Part shown: in pieces, positions 39,725 to 49,010 of the stretch
How positions within the stretch are numbered: the first letter of the stretch is position 1
Layout of the letters: every line of letters begins with the position of its first letter
Source: a virus
Lineage: Duplodnaviria; Caudoviricetes
IMG/VR virus record: IMGVR_UViG_3300029288_000097
Span: 49,977-113,976 of that record
DNA: 64,000 bases
Reading direction: 5' to 3' (one strand)
Notes under the pieces: generated by a model
The model's input: the letters and a program-made list of their open reading frames with translations, nothing else
Told to the model about the DNA's origin: nothing
Databases searched by the model: none
Position numbers and translations under genes: made by a program

Positions 39725-40159
39725 ATGTTACAGCGTTTTGTGGCTTGCATGCTATTGATATTGAGTAGCGTACAGCCTTTATCTGACAGTCCAAAACCCA
39801 TACTTCCCACACCCAAAAAGAAGATTGTGCAGAAACAACCTGCCGAAGTGTGGTATGATGGACAGGTCACAACCTATGCGAAATACTTTGAAGGTCGCCG
39901 AATGGCCTGTGGACGTATATTCAGGCATTCGGGGCACGACATAGCTTGCCGTGGTGGGATTTTAGGCCGTAGGGTAGAACTTCGATATGGCAAAAATGGC
40001 CGATCCGTGTGTGTCATTTCAGATCGTGGCCGACTGCCTTTCCATCAACCGTCCTGCTGGCAATTCGACGTACCCAAACAAGTGGCTCGTGAGCTTGGAC
40101 TATATTCACTCAAAAACGGGAAAACCGACCGTAAAATCCGTTGGAGGTATATCGAATGA
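39725..40159 (+). CDS. RlpA-like double-psi beta-barrel lytic transglycosylase with signal peptide
   Basis: GQVTTYAKYFEGRRMACG..F, IAC, V.VISDRG, FDVPKQVARELG. Confidence 0.7.
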   Translation: MLQRFVACMLLILSSVQPLSDSPKPILPTPKKKIVQKQPAEVWYDGQVTTYAKYFEGRRMACGRIFRHSGHDIACRGGILGRRVELRYGKNGRSVCVISDRGRLPFHQPSCWQFDVPKQVARELGLYSLKNGKTDRKIRWRYIE

Positions 40160-40440
40160 CTCATTACTTTGCCGACTGGCGTTTGTGGCTCCTATCATTA
40201 CTCATGGGGCCAATTGCATGGATCATCATTATCAAAACCTATCTCGTTTTAAGCAAACAGCTTGGCTACATCCGCAAATGGTATGTCGGCCTCCCAGTTT
40301 ACTACTGGTTCTGCATGCTTCTCATCATTCTCGGTGCCAAGAATCTTAGCCCTAAGCATTGTGAATGGCGTAGATTGGACGGTAAGTGGTATGTAACCGT
40401 AAACACGCCAGGATTCCAAGCAGAAGGGCCAAAGAAATGA
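40156..40440 (+). CDS. two-TM membrane protein
   Basis: GGAGG RBS; two hydrophobic segments. Confidence 0.55.
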   Translation: MTHYFADWRLWLLSLLMGPIAWIIIIKTYLVLSKQLGYIRKWYVGLPVYYWFCMLLIILGAKNLSPKHCEWRRLDGKWYVTVNTPGFQAEGPKK

Positions 40441-41657
40441 CAACACCCATCGTCCTGTACACGACACCAACACTCGAAAAGACAGACTCGACCGGAAAGA
40501 CCTTATTCTGGGAAGGCTATGCATGCCAAAACCCAGAAGAAGGCTATTGCTATATCTATTCAATCTCCTGGCAGTCACTCAAAAGTGGTGGCTCTTCAGC
40601 CCGAGTTACAAGTGACCATAGTAAGGTCAAAGGCAAAAATGTGGGCCGTGCCAATGAGACCTCGGACGAAGAGCAGGCTATCTTCGAGATCGGCGTTAAA
40701 GAGCGCGAGAAGCGCGATTCTGGCTATCATGAGGCCGGACAAGAGGCTGACATCCTACCACTGCCAATGCTGGCCCACGTATTCTACGATGTGATGGCCT
40801 ACGAGTTCGACAAAAAGGGCAATCTTATCCGTGAATATGTGAAGACCAAAGGTCAAAAAGCCAAAATCAAGTTCCCATGTGGAGCCCAACCCAAGTTTGA
40901 TGGCGTCCGCTGCCTGATGGACAGTGAAAAAGCCTGGAGCCGGAACGGTAAACTCTGGAAACCTGAGATCGTAAGACACCTGATGTTCGATACCAATGGT
41001 AGTATACTCGATGGAGAACTGATTCTGGCTCCTGAAGCCGGAGGATTCCAGAAAACCACATCTGCAGTCAACAAAGTATCGGAGCTGACACCCCACCTGC
41101 AATACTACGTTTATGACTGTCTGCCGGACGAACACAACATCGATGAGCATACGCCTTACAAGCAGAGGTATGCATACCTGCAATATATGTTCAGAAGTGC
41201 CAAAATGAGCGGCCTACTGCCCGAAAACGTGATTCTGGTCAAGACCGTAGAGGTTCGAGACGAAGATCATGCCGTTAGAATGCACGATAAAGCTGTTGCG
41301 ATGGGCTATGAGGGACTTATTGTCCGAAATTGGAATGGTAATTATGGCCTGGACAAACGCTCTCATAACCTGCAGAAAATCAAAGTATTCGTTACCGAGG
41401 AGTTCAATATCGTTGACTGTATAGATGGCCGGGGTGCAGATGAGGAAGCAATCATCTATGTCTGTGAGACAGACGAAGGTAAACGCTTCAAAGCCCGTCC
41501 TGGTGGCACCATTGAGAGTCGTAAAGGACTCTGGCTATCATTCTGCGAGGGTTCTTATGATCCAATTGGCAAGAAACTCACCGTCAAGTTCCAGAATTAT
41601 ACCGATGCAGGTAAACCCCGGTTCCCAGTAGCCCTGGCAGTGAGGGATTATGAGTAA
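40437..41657 (+). CDS. lig: ATP-dependent DNA ligase with N-terminal WGR-like domain
   Basis: Motif I QPKFDGVRC, ILDGEL, YYVYD, GYEGLIVR, KRS..LQKIK, C-terminal OB fold KPRFP. Confidence 0.92.
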   Translation: MTTPIVLYTTPTLEKTDSTGKTLFWEGYACQNPEEGYCYIYSISWQSLKSGGSSARVTSDHSKVKGKNVGRANETSDEEQAIFEIGVKEREKRDSGYHEAGQEADILPLPMLAHVFYDVMAYEFDKKGNLIREYVKTKGQKAKIKFPCGAQPKFDGVRCLMDSEKAWSRNGKLWKPEIVRHLMFDTNGSILDGELILAPEAGGFQKTTSAVNKVSELTPHLQYYVYDCLPDEHNIDEHTPYKQRYAYLQYMFRSAKMSGLLPENVILVKTVEVRDEDHAVRMHDKAVAMGYEGLIVRNWNGNYGLDKRSHNLQKIKVFVTEEFNIVDCIDGRGADEEAIIYVCETDEGKRFKARPGGTIESRKGLWLSFCEGSYDPIGKKLTVKFQNYTDAGKPRFPVALAVRDYE

Positions 41658-41922
41658 GATACTCCGAGTAAAGATCATAGCACCCAAACATGCACACTAT
41701 GGCGAAATAGGCACCATAGAAATCCCCAGAATAGCTATTATCGGAGCCACAGGGATATTTGACAACTATGAATCCTACATACGAGTCAGACGCGACGGCA
41801 TCATACCAAAATGGAGCCACATGTATCTGGTCACACTCGAAAGTGGTATTCAATGCTTTGCCCAACGGGGCACACTTAAGGAGATAGCTTATGACGAATC
41901 ACCAAATGGTCTGGCCCGCTGA
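41650..41922 (+). CDS. hypothetical protein
   Basis: Overlaps the ligase stop; 90 aa. Confidence 0.5.
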   Translation: MSKILRVKIIAPKHAHYGEIGTIEIPRIAIIGATGIFDNYESYIRVRRDGIIPKWSHMYLVTLESGIQCFAQRGTLKEIAYDESPNGLAR

Positions 41923-42523
41923 CTTTCTCAACTGGGCAAGAGATCATAAAACGCTCAACATCGCGTTTACCGGCCATCGCCCGGACAAGTTAGGTGGGTA
42001 TGGCTCAATCCGAAATATATACCTCAATAACACAATGCGGCTTTTAGACCTCATCGGCATCGAACGTATCCGATGGGCTTATGACGGCATGGCCCAAGGG
42101 TATGATTGGGAGGCTCTGAAAGCCTGTTTTCAGCTTGGTATCGCAGTCGTAGCCTGCAAACCCTCGGACCATCAGCACATCATATGGCCCGAACGTGCAC
42201 AGCAGCTCTATAGATCGCTCCTGAACCAGCTTAAAGCCTCCGGTGGCCGTATTGTCGATATAGAACACTGCATCCTGAAGCCTACAGTAGGTGAAAGTGC
42301 TTATTGGAGCCAGAAGTCCGGCCTCATTGAAGCCTATCATAAATCGAAATCCAGTAAACACCAGGCAGCACTCTTATGTGAACTGCGCAACCAGTATATG
42401 GTCGATTCAGCTGATCTTGTTATCGCATGCTGGAACGGCAGTCCCGGTGGCACAGCAAATTGCATCAAGTATGCTGAAAAACTTGGTATACCCTGGATAA
42501 ATATAATGGAGTTGAGCAAATGA
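41891..42523 (+). CDS. SLOG-superfamily (YspA/DUF1273-like) protein
   Basis: IAFTGHRPDKLGGY, GMAQGYD, RNQYMVD, WNGSPGGTANCI. Confidence 0.85.
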   Translation: MTNHQMVWPADFLNWARDHKTLNIAFTGHRPDKLGGYGSIRNIYLNNTMRLLDLIGIERIRWAYDGMAQGYDWEALKACFQLGIAVVACKPSDHQHIIWPERAQQLYRSLLNQLKASGGRIVDIEHCILKPTVGESAYWSQKSGLIEAYHKSKSSKHQAALLCELRNQYMVDSADLVIACWNGSPGGTANCIKYAEKLGIPWINIMELSK

Positions 42524-43164
42524 TGAGAATTGGTTTCGTTGGAGTCCCTGGATCAGGTAAAACGTCCACAGCTCGCGGCCTGGCCTCAGTCTGTCGAAGT
42601 ATACCTGGTCTGAACAATGTTGAGCTATCTGCAGAGTATGCTCGACGTTACATCATCAAATATGGTGATATTACCAATATCTGGGAGCAGTTCCGTATTC
42701 TGAAGAAGCAGATGGACTGGGAAGATTCTGTTGGTGATGCAAATATAGTCATCACAGACGCCCCGATCTTCATGGGAATGGTCTACGCACGCATGTTATC
42801 CCAGGGCACGCCCAAAGATATTATGGTTCTCAATGACCTGTTCAGCGAGTTGAACAAAGCCAACCATCCCCAGCCTCGGTATGACATCATATTCCACCTT
42901 CCACCGATCCTGAAGCCGGTCAATGACGGTGTTCGCCCAAAGAGCAACTTTGATCGCACATGGCGTCAAGATACTGATAACTCGATCTTGGGTGTTTTCG
43001 AGATATTCAAGCCGTTGCTGTTCTACACGGTGGACCTTCCCGACCTTGAAAGTCGAATCACCTGGTGCAAAGAATGTCTGGCTACCTACATACGAGATTG
43101 CAATGAAGCCGGAGCCACCCTGGGCCAGGCCAACTTCACTCCTCCGGCGATGGGAGGCATATAA
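42520..43164 (+). CDS. NadR/AAA_28-type P-loop nucleotide kinase
   Basis: GVPGSGKTS, EYAR, YDIIFHL, DGVR. Confidence 0.8.
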   Translation: MMRIGFVGVPGSGKTSTARGLASVCRSIPGLNNVELSAEYARRYIIKYGDITNIWEQFRILKKQMDWEDSVGDANIVITDAPIFMGMVYARMLSQGTPKDIMVLNDLFSELNKANHPQPRYDIIFHLPPILKPVNDGVRPKSNFDRTWRQDTDNSILGVFEIFKPLLFYTVDLPDLESRITWCKECLATYIRDCNEAGATLGQANFTPPAMGGI

Positions 43165-44126
43165 TGGCTATTCTCGTCACCGGTGGCTGTGGTTACATCG
43201 GCAGCCACACGGTCAAAGCTCTTCTTGCTGCGGGCGAACAGGTCATCGTGCTCGATAATCTGTGCCAAGGCCACCCTGAAAGTATCGGTGATGCCCGGCT
43301 GGTAGTCGGAAATTATGGTGCACCACATGTAGTTGGTAAGATATTCAGTACCAACGAGATCGAAGCTGTAATTCACTTCGGAGCATTCGCATGTGTTCCC
43401 GATTCTGTGGTCAATCCCAGCCGGTATTATGACAATAATGTCGTAAAAACACTCAATTTACTCAATACCATGCACCGATTTGGCTGTAACAAGATCATTT
43501 TCTCGTCCAGCGCGGCTGTCTACGGCGATCATGGCGACAAAATCATCACCGAAAGTGATCCAACGGTGCCTATCAATCCTTATGGGTGGTCAAAACTACT
43601 GATCGAGCAAATCTTGGCCGATTATGACATAGCCTACGACCTGAAATCCATCAGTTTTCGCTACTTCTGTGCTGCCGGAGCCTCCCTCGATGGTTCTATC
43701 GGCGAACAACACAGCCCCGAACATCATCTGATCCCTAATATCATGCACACCCTCGTTGGAGATCAGCATTTACTCAAAATCTACGGTAGTTCGTGGCCTA
43801 CTCATGACGGAACTTGTGTCCGGGATTTTGTCCATGTCTGTGACATAGCAAATGCGCATATTGCAGGTTTGAATGCGCTCAGAGATGGACATAATAGCGA
43901 TGTTTACAACATCGGCAGTGGCACCGGATACTCGGTTCATGACGTAATAAATGTCATAGAAAATGTCACCCAACGTGTAGTAGCTTATACCTACGAAGAA
44001 GCACGCCCCGGCGATCCCGCGATGCTTGTTGCGAGCAATACAAAGCTCCGGGAAATCTACACTGTCAAACACGATCTGGAGTGCATCATACGCACGGCCT
44101 GGATGTGGCACGCGAGGAATCACTGA
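43164..44126 (+). CDS. galE: UDP-glucose 4-epimerase
   Basis: TGGCGYIGSH, FSSSAAVYG, PYGWSK, FRYFCAAG, DGTCVRDFVHV. Confidence 0.92.
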   Translation: MAILVTGGCGYIGSHTVKALLAAGEQVIVLDNLCQGHPESIGDARLVVGNYGAPHVVGKIFSTNEIEAVIHFGAFACVPDSVVNPSRYYDNNVVKTLNLLNTMHRFGCNKIIFSSSAAVYGDHGDKIITESDPTVPINPYGWSKLLIEQILADYDIAYDLKSISFRYFCAAGASLDGSIGEQHSPEHHLIPNIMHTLVGDQHLLKIYGSSWPTHDGTCVRDFVHVCDIANAHIAGLNALRDGHNSDVYNIGSGTGYSVHDVINVIENVTQRVVAYTYEEARPGDPAMLVASNTKLREIYTVKHDLECIIRTAWMWHARNH

Positions 44127-44455
44127 TGCTAAGTATATTCTGGAGAATCTTCTGGCGCACAATCAATCGTAGAGCCCTCTACGTGGTCAAAAAACGCGGT
44201 ATCCGGCAAGAATCAGGTGGTTGGGTGTATCAAACCTCAAATATGAGGATCGAAGCTCCTGGAACTGCCGTAAGAGTATCTGTACCGGTACGTCCGGGTG
44301 AAACTGCTTTAGTGGACGATGGAAACAAATACTGGCGTATCGTCTACTGGCTGGACAATGGAGTCATAAAAATATGGAAGTTCGGCCCTTGGGCGAAACA
44401 AATAGGACAGGTATGTTGGAGAATAAAGAGGCATAATAGAGGTAAGATTCTTTAA
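44126..44455 (+). CDS. hypothetical protein
   Basis: Coupled TGATG start; GAGG RBS. Confidence 0.5.
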   Translation: MLSIFWRIFWRTINRRALYVVKKRGIRQESGGWVYQTSNMRIEAPGTAVRVSVPVRPGETALVDDGNKYWRIVYWLDNGVIKIWKFGPWAKQIGQVCWRIKRHNRGKIL

Positions 44456-44471
44456 CCGGGAGGGTAACACC

Positions 44472-44876
44472 ATGAGGATCGTAGCATGTGGTGGCTGTTT
44501 CGATGTGATCCACGCCGGTCATGTCAAACTGCTCGAAGAAGCAAGGAAGTTAGGCGACATGCTTGTCGTACTCGTCAATGAAGATGCGTACGTGGCCCGT
44601 AAAGGCCCGAATCGACCGATTATGCCACTGGAGGACCGGATGGCTATTCTGCGGGCACTGAGGCCCGTCAGCGCGGTCCTGAGCTTTCCCGATGACACTC
44701 CGTGCAGGATGCTCGAATTGATGGAAGTAGATGTGTTTGTGAAGTATATCGAGTACCAGGGTCAAGACATCCCCGAAGAAGCCACAATGAGAAAGATCGG
44801 TGGCGAGGTAGTCTATATCGATTCAGGTATCGATGTGCACAGCAGCACCCTTATAGGGGATAATATTGAGCACTGA
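44472..44876 (+). CDS. RfaE/HldE domain II-like adenylyl/cytidylyltransferase
   Basis: GGCFDVIHAGHV, KGPNRPI, HSSTLI. Confidence 0.85.
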   Translation: MRIVACGGCFDVIHAGHVKLLEEARKLGDMLVVLVNEDAYVARKGPNRPIMPLEDRMAILRALRPVSAVLSFPDDTPCRMLELMEVDVFVKYIEYQGQDIPEEATMRKIGGEVVYIDSGIDVHSSTLIGDNIEH

Positions 44877-45159
44877 ATATAAGACGATCAAAGCAAAGGA
44901 TGTTCTGGCCCTCTACTACCCGGAGCGCGAGACATTTGTCGGTATCAAAGCAAAAACTCGTGAGTCAGTTCCAGGGCTTCTGATATTCGAGGATATGGCC
45001 TCTCTGACGCTGTATCAGTGTGCAACCAATGAACATACGGATGCCACACCAAAAGTTTTGGAAATTGAACAGGCCAGAGACATTGTGCGTATCTGCCCTG
45101 CATTCAATGCACTGATATTGTTTAAGCCACCAAAAAAGCTGGTAGTAGAGTTTCTGTAG
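44866..45159 (+). CDS. hypothetical protein
   Basis: Last ORF before a terminator. Confidence 0.5.
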   Translation: MSTEYKTIKAKDVLALYYPERETFVGIKAKTRESVPGLLIFEDMASLTLYQCATNEHTDATPKVLEIEQARDIVRICPAFNALILFKPPKKLVVEFL

Positions 45160-45195
45160 AACCCTCGGTACCCTCGCTGGGGCCGGGGGTTTTTT
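45160..45195 (+). terminator. intrinsic terminator ending the plus-strand block
   Basis: AACCCTCGGT..GGCCGGGGG stem followed by T tract. Confidence 0.75.
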
Positions 45196-45392
45196 GTGCC
45201 TGGGTTTAGAGGTCTAAGTTTTTGTACTTCAGAGACATGATTATAGCTGATAGATTATAGCCCATAGTCCATAGCGTCTGAACCTAGCAGACTGGTATTT
45301 GTAACAGGCCAGGGTATGGGGGTTTGTCACAACCTGAACACATGTCTGACATATTCCCACACCCTGGTATTTATAACAGGTGCCTGGTAAAC

Positions 45393-45902
45393 TTACCGGG
45401 CCTCCAAGGTTTTTCTAGCTCGCTTTAATATCTTGTTCAGCTCTCGCGTATCCATGCTAGCTTCAAAAGTTGTTAATCGATCCATCACATACTCAACATC
45501 TCTCAAAACACTATACATTCTACTGGGTTTCAGTGTACCACTTGCTTTAGCTCTACACATTGCCCTGCAAGCGGCGACTATGTATGTTATCTCATCACCA
45601 AACCCCATAAGTACATGAAGCTCTGGCAATGACTTTTGGTACCCTGTGTTTGGAAAACTATCCCATGCATTGCCAAAATCAGCAGGTACAGGTTTGCCCC
45701 ATAAAGTCTTGACTATAACGCATGCTAGTGAATGATGCCCCGAACCATAGTTTAGTATTCTAATGCACTCCTCAAGCTTGTTTGCACGGAATAGCCTCAA
45801 GAAGTTCTTAAACATCTGACTAAACACTGTAACCGACTTCTCATTCACTCTTTTTGTGCTTACATTATTGCGTACCTTTTTTGTGCTTGCCTTAACTGTC
45901 AT
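45393..45902 (-). CDS. cassette gene, basic hypothetical protein
   Basis: CTTGGAGG RBS; box 45964-45979 is 23 bp from CATAAT. Confidence 0.75.
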   Translation of the reverse strand: MTVKASTKKVRNNVSTKRVNEKSVTVFSQMFKNFLRLFRANKLEECIRILNYGSGHHSLACVIVKTLWGKPVPADFGNAWDSFPNTGYQKSLPELHVLMGFGDEITYIVAACRAMCRAKASGTLKPSRMYSVLRDVEYVMDRLTTFEASMDTRELNKILKRARKTLEAR

Positions 45903-45985
45903 GATCGTAACCTCCAAGCTTGCCCTACATGTATATTATGCCATGTATAGCTCAGTCTGGGAACTGGTAAATGTACCAGTTTTTA

Positions 45986-46099
45986 CTAATGTCCAAGCAA
46001 GGCATGAATCGAATTATACAGGCCGATTCCTGCGTAAACTATAGGCACAAGCAAAATGATAATACCGATCAATGTTACTTTCCAATTCATTGTAGACAT
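45986..46099 (-). CDS. 37-aa single-TM peptide (not in the ORF track)
   Basis: MSTMNWKVTLIGIIILLVPIVYAGIGLYNSIHALLGH; GGGGG RBS; upstream GGCATAATATACATGTA identical to the neighbouring promoter. Confidence 0.55.
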   Translation of the reverse strand: MSTMNWKVTLIGIIILLVPIVYAGIGLYNSIHALLGH

Positions 46100-46180
46100 A
46101 GTATATATCCCCCGTTCTAAGTTGCTTACATGTATATTATGCCGTACCCTACATGTAAGCAACCTAGTACTTATACTTGA

Positions 46181-46489
46181 TTATGCTATGAACTCTTTAA
46201 GCTCATGTTTTGCCCTTGCCTGTTGAACCTCATGGGCTGTAACAGTAACTAAGTGTGTACCACTATCAGCGGCATATTCACCCTTACCATTGACCATGAG
46301 CAAGCCGTATTTACAATGGACTATGAGACCATCATGCCCATGCACAAAGTCCCATGTATTCTTGACCGTTTCCTCGTGCTCTATACGCTCTATAAGCCCG
46401 TTTCCTGCGAGTCTGTCATGCTCTATAAGGTAGCAATGACCGTTATACATTCCCTCATAATCGCCTTGTGTGTTGTTTCCTGCGTTCAT
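46181..46489 (-). CDS. cassette gene, hypothetical protein
   Basis: CTTGGAGG RBS; box 46561-46576 is 22 bp from CATAAT. Confidence 0.75.
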   Translation of the reverse strand: MNAGNNTQGDYEGMYNGHCYLIEHDRLAGNGLIERIEHEETVKNTWDFVHGHDGLIVHCKYGLLMVNGKGEYAADSGTHLVTVTAHEVQQARAKHELKEFIA

Positions 46490-46721
46490 GATTCTAACCT
46501 CCAAGTATCAAGCGTTTTTGCCTTACACTTAGATTATGCCTTGTTTCGAGAGAATCATCACAGGTAAAAATACCGGTTTTCCACACACCCAAAACCCCGT
46601 ACTTTTACCAGGGTCCGAAAACCCAGTAATTGTACCAGCTGGTACACCGATCCGTATTTATACCAGCTGGTACAATTACCAGGTCCGCAGCAGTCTTCGC
46701 AGCCCGCAGCACACACGCAGC

Positions 46722-46765
46722 CAAAAAAAGGCGGGCAAGACCGCAGCCCATACGCAGCCTTGCCC
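46722..46765 (-). terminator. terminator of cassette 46795-47352
   Basis: Minus strand GGGCAAG..CTTGCCC gcc TTTTTTT. Confidence 0.55.
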
Positions 46766-46794
46766 AAGTAAGAGGAATGACCACCAACCAAACA

Positions 46795-47352
46795 TTAAAG
46801 CCGTTCGACTTTATAAAGCAGTTTTTCGTAAAGCTCTGATCCCAGAAAAAACTTCAACTCCTTGGCCGTATCACCACAGCCCTTGTATATGCTTTCAGCT
46901 TTTCGGGAATCCTCATCATACCCAAAATCAGCGCAAAAATCTTCAAAGTTCCGAGCACAATCATAAGCCGAAGCATCAGACGCCAAACAATCAATAAGCT
47001 GTTGTACTTCCGGCTTTACCGGGTCACAGCAGTCTATAAGCCATTTAGCACCGTTTTTGCTCATCATGGCCTTATTCTTCATCTGTTCAATCTCGCGCTT
47101 ATCAGGCCAAAAACCACGGGCATGAGCGATCTTGTTTCTATCCGGTGTTCTAAGCCCTAAGCCGGTTTTGAACTCAGTACTCATGGTTTTGCCCGCCATG
47201 CTCAATGTAACTAACCAACCATCCATAGAATGAGGCTCTTTTACACCTTCCCGGTTTTTCTCCATTGTCGTTTTAATCCCGGTATGCACAAAATCGGCCT
47301 TTATACCGTGCTCAGTGCAAAACTGTTCCATTGTGATTATGACTTCTTCCAT
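46795..47352 (-). CDS. cassette gene, conserved-looking phage hypothetical protein
   Basis: CTTGGAGG RBS before ATG 47352; CLASDAS..NFEDFCADFGYDEDSRKAE.IY motif; box 47417-47432 is 23 bp from TATACT. Confidence 0.8.
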   Translation of the reverse strand: MEEVIITMEQFCTEHGIKADFVHTGIKTTMEKNREGVKEPHSMDGWLVTLSMAGKTMSTEFKTGLGLRTPDRNKIAHARGFWPDKREIEQMKNKAMMSKNGAKWLIDCCDPVKPEVQQLIDCLASDASAYDCARNFEDFCADFGYDEDSRKAESIYKGCGDTAKELKFFLGSELYEKLLYKVERL

Positions 47353-47617
47353 ACCCGTTACCTCCAAGCAACTTGAGTGTATAATTAAGTATACCGCAAA
47401 AAACGCGCCTTTTGAACTGGTAAAAATACCAGAAAAACAAAAGTAGTGACCAAACGGGGAGGCATCAGCCCGTCCAGCCACTACATGGTAATTTTACCAG
47501 GTTTGGCTGAAAAATGGCCGTCAAACTGGCTGAAAGTGTACCAGCTGGTACAATTACCAGGTACAAGCGAAAACCCAGTATTTCTACTGGGCTCGCCTTG
47601 CCTATCGCTTGGAGGTT

Positions 47618-47905
47618 TTAGGCAAAACTGTATTTGACTGCTTCGGTGCGCATGCCGTCAAGCCAAGCACAAAACGACCGTTGAGCATCGGGTGTACGGA
47701 ACTTGAAGAGCTTCTGTCCATTTATTCGCCTTCCGTTATCCTCAAAACACTCTACTGACACCTTATGAGTCACAAAAGCTTCTGTACATCGCTTGTCACT
47801 CCATACTTCAATATGAACTGATGCACAAGCCTTGAAAGTATCAAGCCAAAAGCCCGAAGGCCGATCACTAAGCCCTACATAATCGAATGATGGTTCATTT
47901 ACCAT
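47618..47905 (-). CDS. cassette gene, hypothetical protein
   Basis: Third ORF of the 48316-47618 unit. Confidence 0.55.
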   Translation of the reverse strand: MVNEPSFDYVGLSDRPSGFWLDTFKACASVHIEVWSDKRCTEAFVTHKVSVECFEDNGRRINGQKLFKFRTPDAQRSFCAWLDGMRTEAVKYSFA

Positions 47906-48122
47906 CGATCAATACCCCCATATCCCGGAGAAGTGCTTCAAAGTCATGCAGGACTGCATCACGACTTCCGCGAAGATCAAACTCCCGCTTTATGATAGCG
48001 TAAGCCGATTCCCCGTGACTTCGGCGCATGCCCTTGCATTCAAGCTTCAGAGCACCTTTAAGCGACAATAAGCGATAAGCTTCTAACTTAGTAGGAGTAT
48101 CAGCGACAATAACCTTACCCAT
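47895..48122 (-). CDS. cassette gene, hypothetical protein
   Basis: LKGALKLECKGMRRS..SAYAIIKREF; second ORF of the unit. Confidence 0.65.
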   Translation of the reverse strand: MGKVIVADTPTKLEAYRLLSLKGALKLECKGMRRSHGESAYAIIKREFDLRGSRDAVLHDFEALLRDMGVLIDGK

Positions 48123-48124
48123 GA

Positions 48125-48316
48125 CTATGCCCCTTCCTCGAAGTCAAACTCTACCTTGCCCACGGTGTTACCATTTATATCACGTATTCCATGATAATAG
48201 GTATGGTCTTGGTTTGTCTCTATGTCCTCGGCTATCTTCCGAAGAATGCGGGCACATTCCGCATGGTCACTAACGGCATTCTCATTATTTACCTTGATTC
48301 TCAAATTAAACGGCAT
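48125..48316 (-). CDS. cassette gene, hypothetical protein
   Basis: CTTGGAGG RBS; ARILRKIAE..IRDINGNTVG motif; box 48381-48396 is 23 bp from TATACT. Confidence 0.75.
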   Translation of the reverse strand: MPFNLRIKVNNENAVSDHAECARILRKIAEDIETNQDHTYYHGIRDINGNTVGKVEFDFEEGA

Positions 48317-48451
48317 ACCAGTTACCTCCAAGCAACTTGATTGTATAACTAAGTATACCGCACATTTTAAGCCAAGTCACCTGTCAAAAATACCAGTATT
48401 TCAATACCCGGTAAATGTACCAGCTGGTACACATTTTCACGCACAAAAATA

Positions 48452-48625
48452 CGGGTAAGTTGATGGTTGCAACGTCCGCGAGCTGAACCTTCACCTGTTT
48501 TATATCCACATGGGACAGGTACTCAAGTGCTCCTTTCGGGCATCAACTTACCCGCGCCATATAGCACTATGCGCATAGTGACACATCTATATGGGTACTA
48601 CTCAATTCCCTGTGCTGGGAATCCT
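48452..48625 (-). ncRNA. candidate structured RNA at the 3' end of a cassette
   Basis: 14-bp perfect stem 48452-48465/48541-48554 enclosing ACCTGT/ACAGGT and a GAAA-loop hairpin; palindrome CACTATGCGCATAGTG 48565-48580; no ORF. Confidence 0.4.
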
Positions 48626-48631
48626 TACGAC

Positions 48632-48811
48632 TTACCCACCATACGCTTTATAGTGAGCGGGCTTTTTGCCGGAAGTCACATTATTGATACATGAAACAAG
48701 TTCGGCGCGATTCTCGCGTATAAACTGACTCTTGCTCATGTGCGAAGACTTCCACCAATTGTAAAGCCCTTCATCGTTGTCAATCCACTGTGCTATGTCT
48801 CTATTGCTCAT
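48632..48811 (-). CDS. 59-aa cassette gene (not in the ORF track)
   Basis: MSNRDIAQWIDNDEGLYNWW...; GGAG RBS; overlaps the upstream stop (ATGA). Confidence 0.65.
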   Translation of the reverse strand: MSNRDIAQWIDNDEGLYNWWKSSHMSKSQFIRENRAELVSCINNVTSGKKPAHYKAYGG

Positions 48812-48996
48812 GGTCTCACTCCATCAATGTATTGTTGAGCACATTCATGCTCGGAGAAACCTGCTTCAAAAGCGGGCATTAAGTAACTCTCTTCGATGTC
48901 CACATCGTCAAGATCAATGTCAACACCTTTTTCTTCTAATATCCTTTGAACTTCAATAGCATAAAAGTCAAAATCTTGGTGAACTCTACCACTCAT
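48808..48996 (-). CDS. acidic cassette gene, hypothetical protein
   Basis: GCTTGGAGGTAACGCATG leader identical to that at 49167-49184. Confidence 0.7.
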   Translation of the reverse strand: MSGRVHQDFDFYAIEVQRILEEKGVDIDLDDVDIEESYLMPAFEAGFSEHECAQQYIDGVRP

Positions 48997-49010
48997 GCGT
49001 TACCTCCAAG

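Noticed and set aside
46536-46997. Plus-strand ORFs across cassette junctions (also 49266, 50048, 51009, 52267, 54301) sharing VPAGT or YQLV peptides
   Set aside because: The shared peptides are just the palindrome translated; the ORFs are antisense to genes with clear promoters and RBSs.
48452-48554. Hammerhead or other known self-cleaving ribozyme
   Set aside because: No CUGAUGA/GAAA core in the required arrangement on either strand; kept only as an unknown structured RNA.
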